From Azolla caroliniana (lineage: Eukaryota; Plantae; Polypodiophyta): a stretch of 64,000 nucleotides of DNA. Positions 34,703 to 48,045 of this stretch are shown here, piece by piece; position 1 is the stretch's first letter; each line of letters begins with the position of its first letter. The stretch spans positions 14,012,001 to 14,076,000 of the forward strand of contig JBHGNT010000004.1 in the NCBI GenBank assembly GCA_043228905.1. The letters run 5' to 3'. A program made the translations under genes and the position numbers. A model generated the notes under the pieces. That model made no database searches and was not told where the DNA came from. It worked only from the letters and a program-made list of their open reading frames with translations.

Positions 34703-37700
34703 TTCCCTTCTCACTCATGTGGACTAGGCTCTTATGCCATATCTCCCCTGCCGAGTCAGCTGCCACGTGTACTTCCGATTTGCACAGTCGGGCATGCATC
34801 ATGTACAATGTGCCTTCTTTCTGTGCGTGGGCCACTATGAGATTTCCTCAGCAGAACTTCCACTTGCCATTCCGAAAGCTACCACTGTAGCCTTCGTCAT
34901 CAAGCCTTCCAGTCGATATCAGATTCAATCTGATATCGGGGACGTGTCGAACATCCCTCAACGTTAGTCGACACCCTGTTGACGTCGTCAAGCAAACACT
35001 TCTGACTCCGGTTATCTTGCACTCTCCACTATCACCCATCTTTACATAGCCATGATCCTTGGCTATGTAAGTTGAGAAGTGCTCTCTCGACAGAGTAATG
35101 TGAAAGGATGCACCGGAGTCGATCACCCAAGTGCACTCTTCACTCGCGAGATTTGCAGTTATCTATTCACAAATGAACAGAAGTTCCTCATTGCTCGTAG
35201 TAATGACCAAAGTGTTCTTTTCATCTAGAATCTTCCATGGTTTGAAATTGTTTCTGACACTCTTGCCTTTTCTCATGTGTCGGCAATCCTTCTAGAAGTG
35301 TCCAGGTTTTCCGCAATAAAAGCACACAGGCTTACGTCTGCACTTCGATCTGGCATGGGATTTGTCCGCTCGCTGCAGACTTCTTCTTCGCCGGTCTCTT
35401 CCTTTGTCCATGTGTTGAGTCAGATTCGACTCCGTTTGGGACAAGACTCCTTTGTCTTTCCTCCTTGCCTCCTCATTTAGGATGCTTGTCTTCACCGTCT
35501 GTAAAGACAAGTTCTCTTCTTGACAGGAGGTGCTAAGAATAACCACCAGGTTCTCCCAACTTTCCGGCAATGTGCACATCAGCAGGATGGCCTACATTGC
35601 ATCATCCAGGGGAAACTTGGTTGCTGCAAGTTGATTCACATACCCCCATTATTGTGCTTATGTGTTCGACGCTGCTCTGACCATCTCTTTATTTCAGGCG
35701 TATGATTTTCTCATTAGCGAGGTTCTGTTTAGTGCGTTCTTCCTCTCGTACAGACCCGACAGCTTCTGCCACATCTCGTGGGCATTCGTGTCGTTCGCCA
35801 CATGCTAAAGGACACTTACATCGACACATTGTCAGATTGTGGCCACTGCCTTCCTATTCAGAAGCTTCCAGTCCGACTCCAATACCCCCCTGGGTATTTC
35901 TGCTCTGTCGACTGGCTCATACAGGTCTTTTACTATGAGAAGGTCTTCCATCTTTATCTTCCAGTTTGCATAGTTCTGTGAGTTCAGAACTATCATACCT
36001 GGGAAACCGCTAACACCTCCTTCCATGCTTGCACCTCAAGCTCTGATACTAGTTTGTTGAGAAATCATTGCGGAAATTTAATTCACAATAAATAGATATT
36101 GCTGACATACGAATCATAGAAATATGCCAAGAAAAACAAGATGAACAAGAGTGCACAAAGATTTGTGTGGAAACTCGAAAAATGGGGAAAACCACGGGTG
36201 AACAGATTTCTTCACTATACAAAGTGGATATATAGCACTGAGAGGAATACAACACTCTGTAGAGTGTATCAACCACACAAGGCTCTTCGCGTTTGCTGTT
36301 ACTCACATAGCTTATGGCGCGGCTCACACACACACACTCTGTCTCTCTCTCCCGCGCACTACAACTTCTGTACACACACTGTTGCACGCTAAAAATTTGC
36401 CCTAGTTGCATATATACTTACGCAACTTTCTGACAGGAACACACGCTCCCTAAAACACAACGCTCGGCCACAACCGAGTCTAGGATCAAACACAGAAAAC
36501 GGTTAAGGTACGCACGACACAGTAAAGAGAAGATTACACAGGATGTTAACGTGGAAAACCCAAACTAGGGAAAAACCACAGCAACCCACAGACTACAAAC
36601 TATCACTATATCACAATGTACAATAGTAAAGCACCGAGGCAACAACCTCGAGCTTGCTATCTTCGCCACAGGCGGCGGTTACAACAAAGGCAACGACCTC
36701 TTCCTCTCTCTCTCTCTCTCTCTCTTTGTACACAGTTACGCACGCAAATCTTGCACCAACAAGAATGACAACACTACTATAAGTTTGCCCTAAGTCATAT
36801 TTATACTAATATGACTTTTTGGCTATTTACAAATATAGCCCCGATGGACTCTTAGAAAACATATTTACGAATATGTCCCTTCATCTGGTGAGCACTTCTC
36901 ACCGGGCCTTCAGCATCCGGCTCTTGCCGGGTACTCGTCATCCGGTTCTCACCGGGCCTTCCTTGCCGGGTACTTGTCATCCGGTTCTCACCGGGTCTTC
37001 CGTTGCCGGGTACTCCACATCTGGTTCTCACCGATTCTTCCTTGTCGGGTACTTGTCATCCGGTTCTCACCGAGTCTTCCGTTGCCGGGTACTCCAATCC
37101 CATTCGGAGGGATCTGTTTCCTAACAAACTCCCCCTTCACTCTGGCATGGGATATCTTACTAGTCCGATCTGCTTCCGACATGCATCCAGCTTGTCGGGT
37201 ATCAGTACTTTGGTCAGCATATCTGACCCGTTCTCGGCCGTGCGGATCTTCATCAGCGCGAACTCTCAATCATCTACTCACTCCCGGATCCAGTGATACC
37301 TACGCTGGATGTGCTTCGTCTTGGAGTGGTACGCTGCGTTCTTAGCAAGGTGGATGGCACTTTGACTGTCGCAATAGAGCCGCCGGTATTCATCTTGCCG
37401 GATACCGAGCTCTCCGATGAAGTTCTTCATCCATAGTATTTCCTTGCTGGCTTTCATAGCCGCCATGTACTCCGCCTCCGTGGTTGACAATGCAACCGTC
37501 TTCTGCAACCTCGACTACCACGAAACAGCTCCCCCTGCATATGTCATTATATACCCGGATGTTGGATACCAGCCGACATGACTGAATCGGTAAAACCGTC
37601 AAGTCGAGGTTTACAGGAGCCGAATCGGAGACACATATTCGAAGTTCCCTTCAGGTACCCGAGTATCCATTTGACCGCGTTCCAATGCTCCTTGCCGGGA

Positions 37701-40322
37701 TTGCTCATGAACCGGCTCACCACTCCGACTACGTATCCAATATCCAGTCGAGTACACACCATTGCGTATATCAAGCTCCCGACGGCAGAGGCATATGGAA
37801 CCTTGATCATATTAGCCTTCTCTGCTTTCGTCTTCGGGCTTTGCTTACCGAATAATCTACAGTTTGCCGGGAGTGTCGATCCGACCAGTTTCGCTTCCAA
37901 CATGTTGAACTGCTGAAGCACCTCTGTCACGTATTTCTCCTGTGACAGCCACAATTGTTTCGTTGGCCGGTTCCAGATGATATGCATCCCCAACATCTGT
38001 CTTGCCGAACCCAAGTCTTTCATTGAGAAGGTTCAATTGAGAGCCTTCTTTAGCATTCGTATTTTGGCTTGGTCCCATCTGATGATCAACATGTCGTCCA
38101 TGTACAAAAGGAGTATTAGGAAGTCGCCTCCTTCGAACTTTTTCACAAACACGCAATGATCAGCTTGTGTCTTGTGGTACCCTTGATCGGTCATGAAGGA
38201 GTCGAACTTCCGGTACCATTGTCGGGGAGCCTACTTCAGTCCGTACAGGCTCTTCTTCAATCGGAAAACCAACTGCTCCTTCCCTTTCTCCACGAATCCT
38301 TCCGGTTGCTGCATGTAGATCTCCTTTTGAGGTCACCGTGAAGGAATGTCGTCTTCACGTTCAGCTGCTCTACCTCGAGGTCCATGCTTGTCGCTATACT
38401 CAGCACCGTCCGGATGGAGGTCATCTTTACTACCGGGGCAAATATCTCGTCGAAGTCCACACCCTTCTTCTGTTGGATCCCCTTCACCACGATCCTGGCT
38501 TTGTTTCTCGGGGGGGTGCAAGAATCTCCTGGTTTCAACTTGTACACTCACTTGTTTCGGAGTGCCCGCTTTCCTTTCGGCAACTCCACCCATTCGTACG
38601 TATGGTTCTCATGCAGGGAATCCATCTCATCCTGCATGGCACTTAACCATTTGCGGTTGTGGGTGTCATCCTTCGCTTCTTTGAAGCTTTCCGGCTCTCC
38701 CTAATCGGTCAGCAGCACATGCTCTGCATCCGGAAATCTCCGGGGGACCCTTCTCTCTCTGAGAGGATATCTCCATCTTTGGCTTTCGGCAACCGGCTCC
38801 TCTATTTGTTCTTCATCCGAATCCGATTCGGATTCTTGGCCGGTTCCAATTTCAGCTTCCTCTACTTCTTCTTCTGCCGGTTCGGTATTCTCACCGTAAC
38901 CGGCTGCTTCCTCGAGTGTTAACCAGCTCTTAGCCGGGTGTGTCCGACTCATCGGAGTTCATTATCTTCTTCTCCGACTCCCAGTCGGCAAGAGTCTTGT
39001 CCTCCATGAAGATAATATCTCGACTCCGGAAAGCCTTCTTGTCAACCGGATCCCACACTCGGTAGCCGAACTCATCATCGCTGTATCCGAGGAATATGCA
39101 TGGCCGGGTCTTTGGATCCAACTTTCCTCTCCCGTCCTTAGCAACATGCACGTACACGAGACACCCGAACACCTTTAGATGCCGGTAGGACACTTCCTTA
39201 CCGGTCCACACCTTCTGCAGTGTGTCTCCATCCAAGGGCACTGAGGGTGATCTGTTTATCACATACGTCGCTGTCGACAACGCCTCAGCCCAAAACGTCT
39301 TGGGTAATTTTGCATGCGCCAACATACTCCGGATCCTCTCCATTATGGTTCGGTTCATCTTCTCGGCCATCTTCGGCACGGTAAATTCGAGCCGGATTCC
39401 CTTCGAGCGACAATACTCCTCGAACTGCCCCCGGTATTCACCTCCGTTATCTGCTCAAACCGCCTTCAGCTTCCGGACGGTTTATCTTTCCACTCTCGCG
39501 TGGAGCTCTTTAAAGATGGATAACACCTGATCCTTCGTCTTCAACGGTGTGGCCCACAGCTTCCGGCTGTGGTCATCTATGAACGTCACGAAGTACTGCG
39601 ATCCGGCATGTGACTTCGTGTCCACTTGACATACATCAGTATGCACCTACTCCAATGGTGCATTACGTCTCATCGGTGGCTTCGATCGGAAGGAGGTCCG
39701 GTTTTGTTTACCGGCTAGACAATCAGTGCACTTCTCCAAGTGCACGTTCTTCACTGGAATAAGGTTATCGTCTGCAAGCCTCTTCATCCCCTTCTCGCTC
39801 AGGTTACACAGCCTCTTGTGCCACAGTTCACCAGCAGTGTCGGATGCCACGTTCACTTCCTCTGGGCATAACTGGGCATTCATCAGGTACAACGTTGTCG
39901 TGAAAAATTTCGGCCAGAGGCGGAAACCGGGAAACATTGTCTACGCCGGCGGGGTGCAGCGTGTGTATGTACATTTGGTGTGAATATCGAGGGCGCCTTT
40001 ATGGCGCCGAAGAGTAGTAAAGTCGGGACAGACGATCCCATGTAAGTCGGGATTTATCCCACATTGTAACGCATCCTTCTCCTTGTTCTATAAAAGGAAG
40101 AGAACACCCTTTGGGAAAGGGTTGCCCATTTTGCATTAGAGGGTATACCGTTAGGTTGTTCTTCTTCTCCTTCTACGTGTTTGCTTAGGGTTGGCTTTGG
40201 TTCGGCCTCCTGTGCAAGACCCCGTTCGGCGCGACGAGCTGAGAGCTCCCCGACGGCGGCTTGGTAGCAGACGACTACTGTAACCTACCTCAGTCCGGCC
40301 CGAAGCCAGGAATGTATTCTTC

Positions 40323-40356
<34 letters not shown>

Positions 40357-40656
40357 GTATACGTTTGTCTGTGTATATTCGCGTCGTTGTTGGCGTCGGG
40401 TGCTTACCCTCTCCTGCGTTTTCTGTATATAAGGCGTGAGTTGGGTTGGGCTGTGTGTGCGTGTGCGTGTGTGTGTGTGTGCGGGAGTCGGTGTTAAACA
40501 TGCTCTCTCTCTCTCTCTCCCTTCGGTTGCTTCCAGTGTGTTTCTGGGATGCCCCAGAAACAGTGAAGCACGACTTCCTACGCTCCATCACTCTCTAGTC
40601 CAAGACCCCCGTGGTCCCGCCTTTCTCCACGCATGCGCGTAACAATGCGGCATCTT

Positions 40657-40674
40657 TGGTGAACCCGACGTGAA
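40657..40674 (+). promoter_or_regulatory. PBS complementary to the tRNA-Trp 3' end
   Basis: TGGTGAACCCGACGTGAA, 4 nt after the LTR; complement of the recalled plant tRNA-Trp end TTCACGTCGGGTTCACCA. Confidence 0.85.
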
Positions 40675-40689
40675 GGGCGGCAAGGGAGC

Positions 40690-41439
40690 ATGGAGATTGA
40701 AGAAGACTTCGACTTCGAGGAGATGATTGCTAAGATCATGATGGATGCGCGACGGAAAAAGGCGAGGCGAGATGCGGCTCAACAAGCCATCGAGAGGGTG
40801 GTCGATCGAGTCGGCCGATTCAACGGGGACGATGTCCCGAGGTTCTTGGAAGCGTACGATGCCGAGATGGCGAAAGGGGGCGTAGACGAGGCAATGTGGC
40901 TAGAGTATTTTCCTCGAGTGGCGGCCGTATCGGTGCACAAGGAGGTCAAGGAGCTACGAGAAGCTCATGAGTCGTGGGTGTCCTTTGAGGGAGCCCTATT
41001 GGAGGCGTACGGGTACACGGAACCGGAAGGAAGAGGTGGACATGAGTTCGATCGGTGGGTGTGCCGGCAACATGATGCGAGGCGGTCGGCCACAACACGG
41101 CCTGCAAGCGGCGGAGAAGAGAGAGCGGTGAGTGGGTACGCACTACCGCCGGAAGAGAGCTCAACGCAAAACGGTTCGGAGGAGCTCGACCTAGAGGTGC
41201 TAATACGGGAGGTATGTGAGCTTGTGAAGGCGAAAATCGGAGCCGAAGAAGGGCTTGTTATGGAGACGGGCTGGAGGCGATTGGAGGATGCGGAGGATCC
41301 GAGCGCGGACATAAGACCGGGGAGATGGGCGGTGGCCGTGAGAATGAGAGGCCTGGAGTGGGCACGTGCGAAAAGACCGAAGGAAAGGTCCAGAGCGGCA
41401 TCGAGGAGCAAGTCGGGAACCGACCCGACCGAAAGATGA
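40690..41439 (+). CDS. Truncated gypsy-type Gag-like protein
   Basis: ATG just after the PBS. RFNGDDVPRFLEAYD...SWVSFEGALLEAY resembles a capsid N-terminal domain. Confidence 0.65.
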   Translation: MEIEEDFDFEEMIAKIMMDARRKKARRDAAQQAIERVVDRVGRFNGDDVPRFLEAYDAEMAKGGVDEAMWLEYFPRVAAVSVHKEVKELREAHESWVSFEGALLEAYGYTEPEGRGGHEFDRWVCRQHDARRSATTRPASGGEERAVSGYALPPEESSTQNGSEELDLEVLIREVCELVKAKIGAEEGLVMETGWRRLEDAEDPSADIRPGRWAVAVRMRGLEWARAKRPKERSRAASRSKSGTDPTER

Positions 41440-43593
41440 GCCAGTCGGTAATCCGACCCGACCGGGAGGCGGAGCGGAAGAAGAGTGAAGCGGGGGCCGG
41501 TCCATCGGGCATGAACCGAAGGAAGCCGGCAAGACCAGGATTGTTTGATCGATTCGTAGCCGTCCGGGTACGGTTACGGTGGGAGCCGGTGAGAGCGAGA
41601 AGGAGGCCTAGTGGTCACGGTGATCACGGCTTGCTAGAAGACCTAGAAGACCGAGAGTGGGAGGGAACTTCCACACCCATTCTAGAGACTTCGGCGGTTG
41701 CGGATCAACGTGAGACCGGAGAGACGGCGGGTGGTGGCGAGGAGTCGGAGGCCGAACTGGACAAAGTTATCGGAGCGGGTATCCGGTATGAGATGATGGA
41801 CGAGCGGGTCCAAGATGGCGAGCTCGGGTCGGAACGGGCTACGGTGACAAAGGAAGAAGTGGCCGACGCGGAGGTCGGGTCTACGGCGGATGAAGGGCGT
41901 AACTCGAAGCATGCACTACGGTCGGTGAAGGGCCCAAGAACGAGCATGCATCCGAGAGAGCGTCAACGAGTGACCGGAAACGGTGGACCGATTGAGCCTT
42001 TGAGAGGCGAGGACTTGGTGGTGAACCGAGAGTGGGAGGAACCCTCCACACCTACCCGTGAGGCATCGGCGGTCGCGGATCGAAAGGAGAACGAAGAAGC
42101 GGTGGGTGGCGGCGAGGAGTTGGAGACCGACGCGGAGGTCGGGTCTACGGCGGAAGCACGACACGAGACGCATGCAATACGGCCGATGGAGGGCCAAGAC
42201 ACAAGCATGCATACGGCGGATGGGCGACAACGATTGACCGATGATGACGGTTGGGTCAAGCCTTCTAGAGGCAAGCGCGGGACGAAGGACGGCGCGGCGA
42301 AACACCAAGATCGACGACATGGGCCGAGCGCGACCGGCATGAGCGGAGAGTCGTATCTAGGAAAACGGAGGAGATGCGCGGAGAACAACGGGGTACACAC
42401 CGGGAAGAGAAAGCGCGGCGGCTTCCCGAAGGGCATACAAGGCCAAGCGGGCCAAGAGGGTGCAAGTCGAGGCGAGGCGATAACAAGAGCCTCGAGGGAC
42501 ACTGACACGGAGGTCGGGATGACGATACGCTCTACTACGAGAGAGCACGGCGAAAAAGGGGAAAGCGAAAAACGCGTGATGGGGTCATCGAAGGATCGAA
42601 GCCGAGCACACATTCGGAGGGCAACATGGACATATGGGGAAAGCCTACGGAAGGCAAGCGCGGAGCGGAGAGAGTCGGCATGCCGAGGTGTGCGGCACGC
42701 AAAGGGCAAAATCCGGCATGTGACCGGGAGCGCATCCGGAGGATATACGAGGCGGACAAAGGAAGAGCAACCGGGTCGGCGACGGCGTTCGGGAGGACTG
42801 AACGGGGAGGAAAGCACGGGCATCGGATACGGGGGGTCGGATGTAGTCGGTGGTTCAAGGACCCACGGTGGACGTGGCGGATCGGGTGGAGGCAACGACT
42901 CGGCGAACATCGTCGAGTGTGGTGGATCGGATGGCGCCGACGGTTCGAGACCATTCGGCGAGGATGGTGGGCCGGAAGGCGGCTATGGTTCATGTGGACG
43001 GGGTGGTCTTGCTCGAAGTGGAAGACAAAGCCGAGCGGGCCCATCAGGACGCTAAGGACTCGGTCGGGCGTCGTGGCCGAAAATCTCGTGTTCTCTCCCC
43101 TATGTTTTGGCACATACCGGAGGATGTGCGGTTAGGTGGGGGTGGATGTCGTGAAGAATTTCGGCAAGAGGCGAAAACCGGGAAACATTGTCTACGCCGG
43201 CGGGGTGCAGCGTGTGTACGCACCCATGTACATTTGGTGTGAATATCGAGGGCGCCTTTATGGCGCCGAAGAGTAGTAAAGTCGGGACAGACGATCCCAT
43301 GTAAGTCAGGATTTATCCCACATTGTAACGCGTCCTTCTCCTTGTTCTATAAAAGGAAGGGAACACCCTTTGGTAAAGGGTTGCCCATTTTGCATTAGAG
43401 GGTATACCGTTAGGTTTAGAGTTAGGTTCTTCTTCTTCTCCTTCTACGTGTTTGCTTAGGGTTTGCTTTGGTTCGGCCTCCTGTGCAAGACCCCGCTCGA
43501 CACGACGAGCTGAGAGCTCCCCGATGGCGGCTTGGCAGCAGACGACTACTGTAACCTACCTCAGTCCGGCCCGAAGCCGGGAATGTATTCTTC

Positions 43594-43625
<32 letters not shown>

Positions 43626-44128
43626 GTATACGTTTGTCTGTGTATATTCGCGTCGTTGTTGGTGTCGGGTGCTTACCCTCTCCTGCGTTTTCTGTATATA
43701 CGGTGTGAGTTGGGTTGGGCTGTGTGTGCGTGTGCGTGTGCGTGTGCGTGTGTGTGCGTGAGTCGGTGTTAAACACGCTCTCTCTCTCTCTCTCTCCCTC
43801 CGGTTGCTTCCGGTGTGTTTCTGGGATGCCCCAGAAATAGTGAAGCACGACTTCCTACGCTCCATCACTCTCTAGTCCAAGACCCCTGTGGTCCCGCCTT
43901 TCTCCACGCACGCGCGTAACAACGCGACAACGTGTTGACCTTCTGGGCACGAGCCACAATCAGGCTCCCTTTGCTGAACTTCATAACACTGTTCCGGATG
44001 CTACCCGTGTAGCCTTCATCATCTAGCCGACCGGCTGATATCAGGTTCAGACGAACCTCTGGAACGTGTCAGACATCCTTCAGCAGCAACTTGCATCCGG
44101 TTAGTGTTGTCAACCACACGTCTCCTAT

Positions 44129-44504
44129 GCCGACAATTCAGCATGTACCTCATCTTCGCTCTCCACCATCTGTGTTAGTGCACGCTCAATCATCTGCTGT
44201 CGGCGTGCTCCTTGGCCATTCCTTGGGACACCTTGATATGTTGTGTCGCCAGGAATTCCATTAGTTCATATGTGGTCCTGAATTGTAACGACGCGCCGAA
44301 CTCATGGGTCGTATCCGCCGACAATTTAGCATGTACCTCATCTTCGCTCTCCACCATCTGTGTTAGTGCACGCTCAATCATCTGCTGTCGGCGTGCTCCT
44401 CGGCCATTCCTTGGGACACCTTGATATGTTGTGTCGCCAGGAATTCCATTAGTTCATATGTGGTCCTGAATTGTAACGACCCGCCGAACTCATGGGTCGT
44501 ATCC
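44129..44504. repeat. 188-bp tandem duplication spanning the Copia C / Gypsy-2 junction
   Basis: Units 44129-44316 and 44317-44504, about 3 mismatches. Confidence 0.92.
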
Positions 44505-47250
44505 GGAATTTCTGGATAGTGTAACACTTCACTTTCTACCGTAAGCATGACTTTTCCACATTGCAATTGTCCGTTATGATTGGTTGCGGCTCGCGGATGA
44601 GCTCCAATGTAAATGTGGGCTCCTTGGGCGCGCGCAATCGTCTACTCGTGCGTCTACATCCTTTACCAGTTCATGACCATCCTTGCGATCCAATTGTCGA
44701 CACTTAGGCCTTGGTCTACTGTGGCTCGGCTTTGGTTGTTCTTGTTCGGCCGTAGATGGCGCTTCTTTGGAATTCACATAGTTGGCCTGCCTTTCCTCTT
44801 GCGTCGACGCTATTTCGACGGTGGTAGGGTTTGGTTCTTCCTCCCATTCCGTCACCGCTAGGTCTGTTAATCGCCGTTTCGCGGACCAAGGTGGAGGTGT
44901 GGGTCTTGTATCCGGTGCGGGTAGTTCTCAGGGAGGAAACAACATGGTTAAGTATTGTTGTATTATCGGACGCAACTTCTTCCCGACTTGAAAGGTGTGC
45001 ATGCCTTGTCTTAACGTTGGGCCCATGATTACTCCCCAATCCACGATGCGGCCCACGAACATGTCAATGACGATGCCAGCTTTCTGCTTTGGCATCCCAT
45101 AAGCGTTCACATGGATGCAGCCGACTTCCAATAAAAATTTCGCAACTTGCCGGAAAAAAGCGTTCAGAATGTCCTTTGTTCTGTAGGCTTTGGCGGAGGT
45201 TGAGTATTCTCCGAAATATCTTTCCAGGTCTTCTGCAGGGGGAATCTCGAAATGTTTCTCTCCTACCACCATCAAACCTAGCTTCTTTCTGATGCTGGCA
45301 TTCGTAATTGTGTTGACATTCGGCTTCTTGGCAATTTCTTGGGCAATAGGTGTGGTGGTGCCTCTGCTACCCAGATGTAGCCTTCAAAGCCCTTTTCCAG
45401 GAGCCATCGTCGTAGTGCTGAGGAGATGGGGATTGGCATAGTACCATGGTAGGGATCGTGTGACGAGTGATTAGGGATTAGGGCATGTGTGTTGCTTGGA
45501 CCGTGATGCTTGTGAAAAATTGGAGAGTGAGGAGAGCGAGGGGAGCAAAAGGCTTGATTATGTTTTTTGTAATGTGCAGAAAACCGTTTGTTCTCCTCTT
45601 TTTGTGACTTAGGGTTCATGGGCTTGTGGCTCATTGTGCCGACGCATGTTTTTTCCCTTGGAAAGTGTGCATGCATAAAATCCCTTGAATAGTTGTGACC
45701 GTCCTGTCCTACTTTGTTTTCTCTTAACGGTAAAGTACAATATTACTATTACATTTCTTACAAGTGGGTCCTAGCTACTGGTTGGCGCGGGAAGCAACGA
45801 CGTGAAACAAATTTGGTGGCGTAGGTCCGAAGTACGGCTTCAGGAGGAACCAGTTCACTTTTTGCCGCAATATTTCGTCTGCAAGGGTCCCTAAATGAAA
45901 GGTTCCGTTTTCCGCCCCTATTATCCAATACGGCCTTGTCCAGCGGAATCGTAATTTTCCTAGCATTTGACCCATCCGGGTTTGGAAAACTAAAATGGCT
46001 TTCCCAACTTTGAAGTGTTTTTCACAAGTGCCTCAGTGTCGGTCTACGAACACTTTACACCGTCTTTGCTCGTGTTTCAGGATTTCCATACTTTGGAATC
46101 GTGCTTCACCTAACTCCAGTAATTGTTGTAAACGTATCTGTTCGGACTGACCTTTCGATAGTCTTTCGCGGACTTGAACATGCAAGCTGGGTACCTGAAA
46201 TTCAATGGGCATTATGGCTTCCAACCCGTATGCTATAGTCAGAAGGGAGTTGATTGCATGCTTGTCTTGTAGCTTGTGCGGTAAGGCCACAAGGCGCTAT
46301 GCAACTTAGTGTCCCAATCCGGTCTATTCTCATTAACTATCTTTTTCAAGATATTCTCCAACGTCTTGTTCGTTGATTCCGCCAATCCATTTGCCTGAGG
46401 ATAATACGACATACTCTTCTTATGTACTACGGGGTAATGGTGTGTGAGGTCGTGGATAACCATATTCAAAAAATGGCTTCCTTGATCGCTTATGCGTTCT
46501 ATTGGGCAGCCAAAATGGCACCAAATGTGCTCGTATAAGAATTTTTCCATCGATGCCGCGGTATTATCCCGTAATGCTTTCGCTTCTTCCCATTTCGTGC
46601 AATAATCCGTGGCTACTACGATATATTTATGCCATCTTCGTGTTGTTGCCGCAGTAAAGGGGCCGACAAAATCGAGACCCCATTTCTGGAAGGGGTCGAG
46701 CGGGAGCATTGGCTGGTGCAGCATCTATGGGAGCTCCGTAGGTTGGCCCATGCGTTGGTAGAGGTCGCATTGTTTACAATATTGATATGCGTCCTTTTCG
46801 GGCCATAACCTCTCTTGTGTAATGCTCTCTTGCCGTTCCATAGTGAGCTTCGCGTAAAACAGCTTCCTTCTCCTCTTGTCGTATATTGCGCCTCCAGATA
46901 CCATCACTCCCCTTATGATATAAGACTCCCTCAACTAGGCAGAAATTGCGGCTTCGTATGACAAGTCTTTTCTTTTCGTCCATTCATAGTTGTGGCGGTG
47001 ACAGTCCCGTTGTCAAGAAGTAGGTCATCTCCATCAGCCACCGGTCCAAAAAACTCTTCTTGTCTTGTGTCGCTATAGCCGCAACCCGCAAAATATCAGC
47101 GTCGGGGAAATCGTCGTCTCACGTTATTGCGTTGTCGCCGTTATCTAGTCTGCTTAGATAATCAGCTACGACATGTTGTGTACCTGTCCGATGCTGGATT
47201 GTGAATTCAAATTCCTGGAGTAGCAGCATCCATCTGGCTAATTTCCCCGT

Positions 47251-48045
47251 TGTCATGCCTTTCGACGCCAAATCATTGCGTGAGTCGGGTGGGAACCGCT
47301 AGGGTTTTGAACAAGGAGGAAGAATTTGAGACGAGTTTAGTTATGAATATGAATCGATTATAAGAAAGAGAGATTGAAACTTGTGAATCCCACAAGTATA
47401 ATGTATTTTATTAATCAATATCTTGATAAGACTATGAATTTGGATTGAAAGAGAGAGATATAGAAACCTTGTGAATCCCACAAGTATAGTTTATTTCGTG
47501 AATCCATGAATATAATTTATTAATTGGTGTTTTTAGAAATATATCCAATTTCTAAAAGATTTCACACGCATAATTTATTTATTTATTTCCCCCTTATTAC
47601 ATTGTGCTCCACATACTTATATAGTGATGAGAGAGTCTTAGCAATCCATGCTTTTTCTCTAATTATAGACTATATGCTTTTTCTATCATGCTTCTTCTAA
47701 AAGTGATCATGCTTTTTCTAACCTCATGCCTTTTTATTGACTATAGTGTTCATGCACGCTAAATGTGCATGTGTCGCTTTTTCCTATCATGCGTTTTTCT
47801 TCTAACTAAAGCTTTTTCCTAGAAAATATGCATGAAAAACTATTCTATGTGGGATATCTGTTTTTTTAACACTCATGTTGTGTTAGTGTAATGGTAAGGT
47901 GTCAAATTATTAACATAGAGGTACAAGGTTTGAATCTTGCCCTATGCATGTAATATATTTTTTGATATTTCTTTCTTTTTCTTCATATTTATTCAATCAA
48001 TTATTTTATACATTTTTCACGTAGTGTACGAAATACACTACGACA
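47251..48045 (-). mobile_element. AT-rich solo LTR (795 bp) with a 4-bp TSD
   Basis: TGTC...GACA termini and TSD CCGT. Removing it restores ALTGKLARW in the Gypsy-2 RNase H. Strand inferred only from a TATA-like motif at ~47617. Confidence 0.85.
47880..47945 (+). other. tRNA-derived (SINE-head-like) segment with A and B boxes
   Basis: TAGTGTAATGG (47884) and GGTTTGAATC (47927); colinear with the copy at 55795-55855. Confidence 0.55.

Larger units (their letters stand above)
20635..36430 (-). mobile_element. Copia A (Tork/Tnt1-like, degenerate); hosts Copia B, D and C
   Basis: 3' LTR 20635-21304, PPT 21305-21318, RT/RH 21330-22780, INT 28305-29587, gag/PR 34708-36026, mutated Met PBS ~36040-36051, partial 5' LTR 36055-36430. 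Confidence 0.92.
39896..43929 (+). mobile_element. Non-autonomous LTR element with a tRNA-Trp PBS and a 4-bp TSD
   Basis: LTRs 39896-40652 and 43147-43929 (TGTCG...CGACA), TSD ACGT, G-rich PPT 43131-43146. No RT or INT recognisable. LTRs carry (TA)n, (TG)n and (CT)n. Confidence 0.93.
36431..44150 (-). mobile_element. Copia C: 5'-truncated Tork-like element inserted in the 5' LTR of Copia A
   Basis: 3' LTR 36431-37126 and PPT 37127-37140. RH/RT/INT/PR remnants are highly similar to Copia B and D pol. Ends at a deletion junction at ~44150. Confidence 0.92.
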
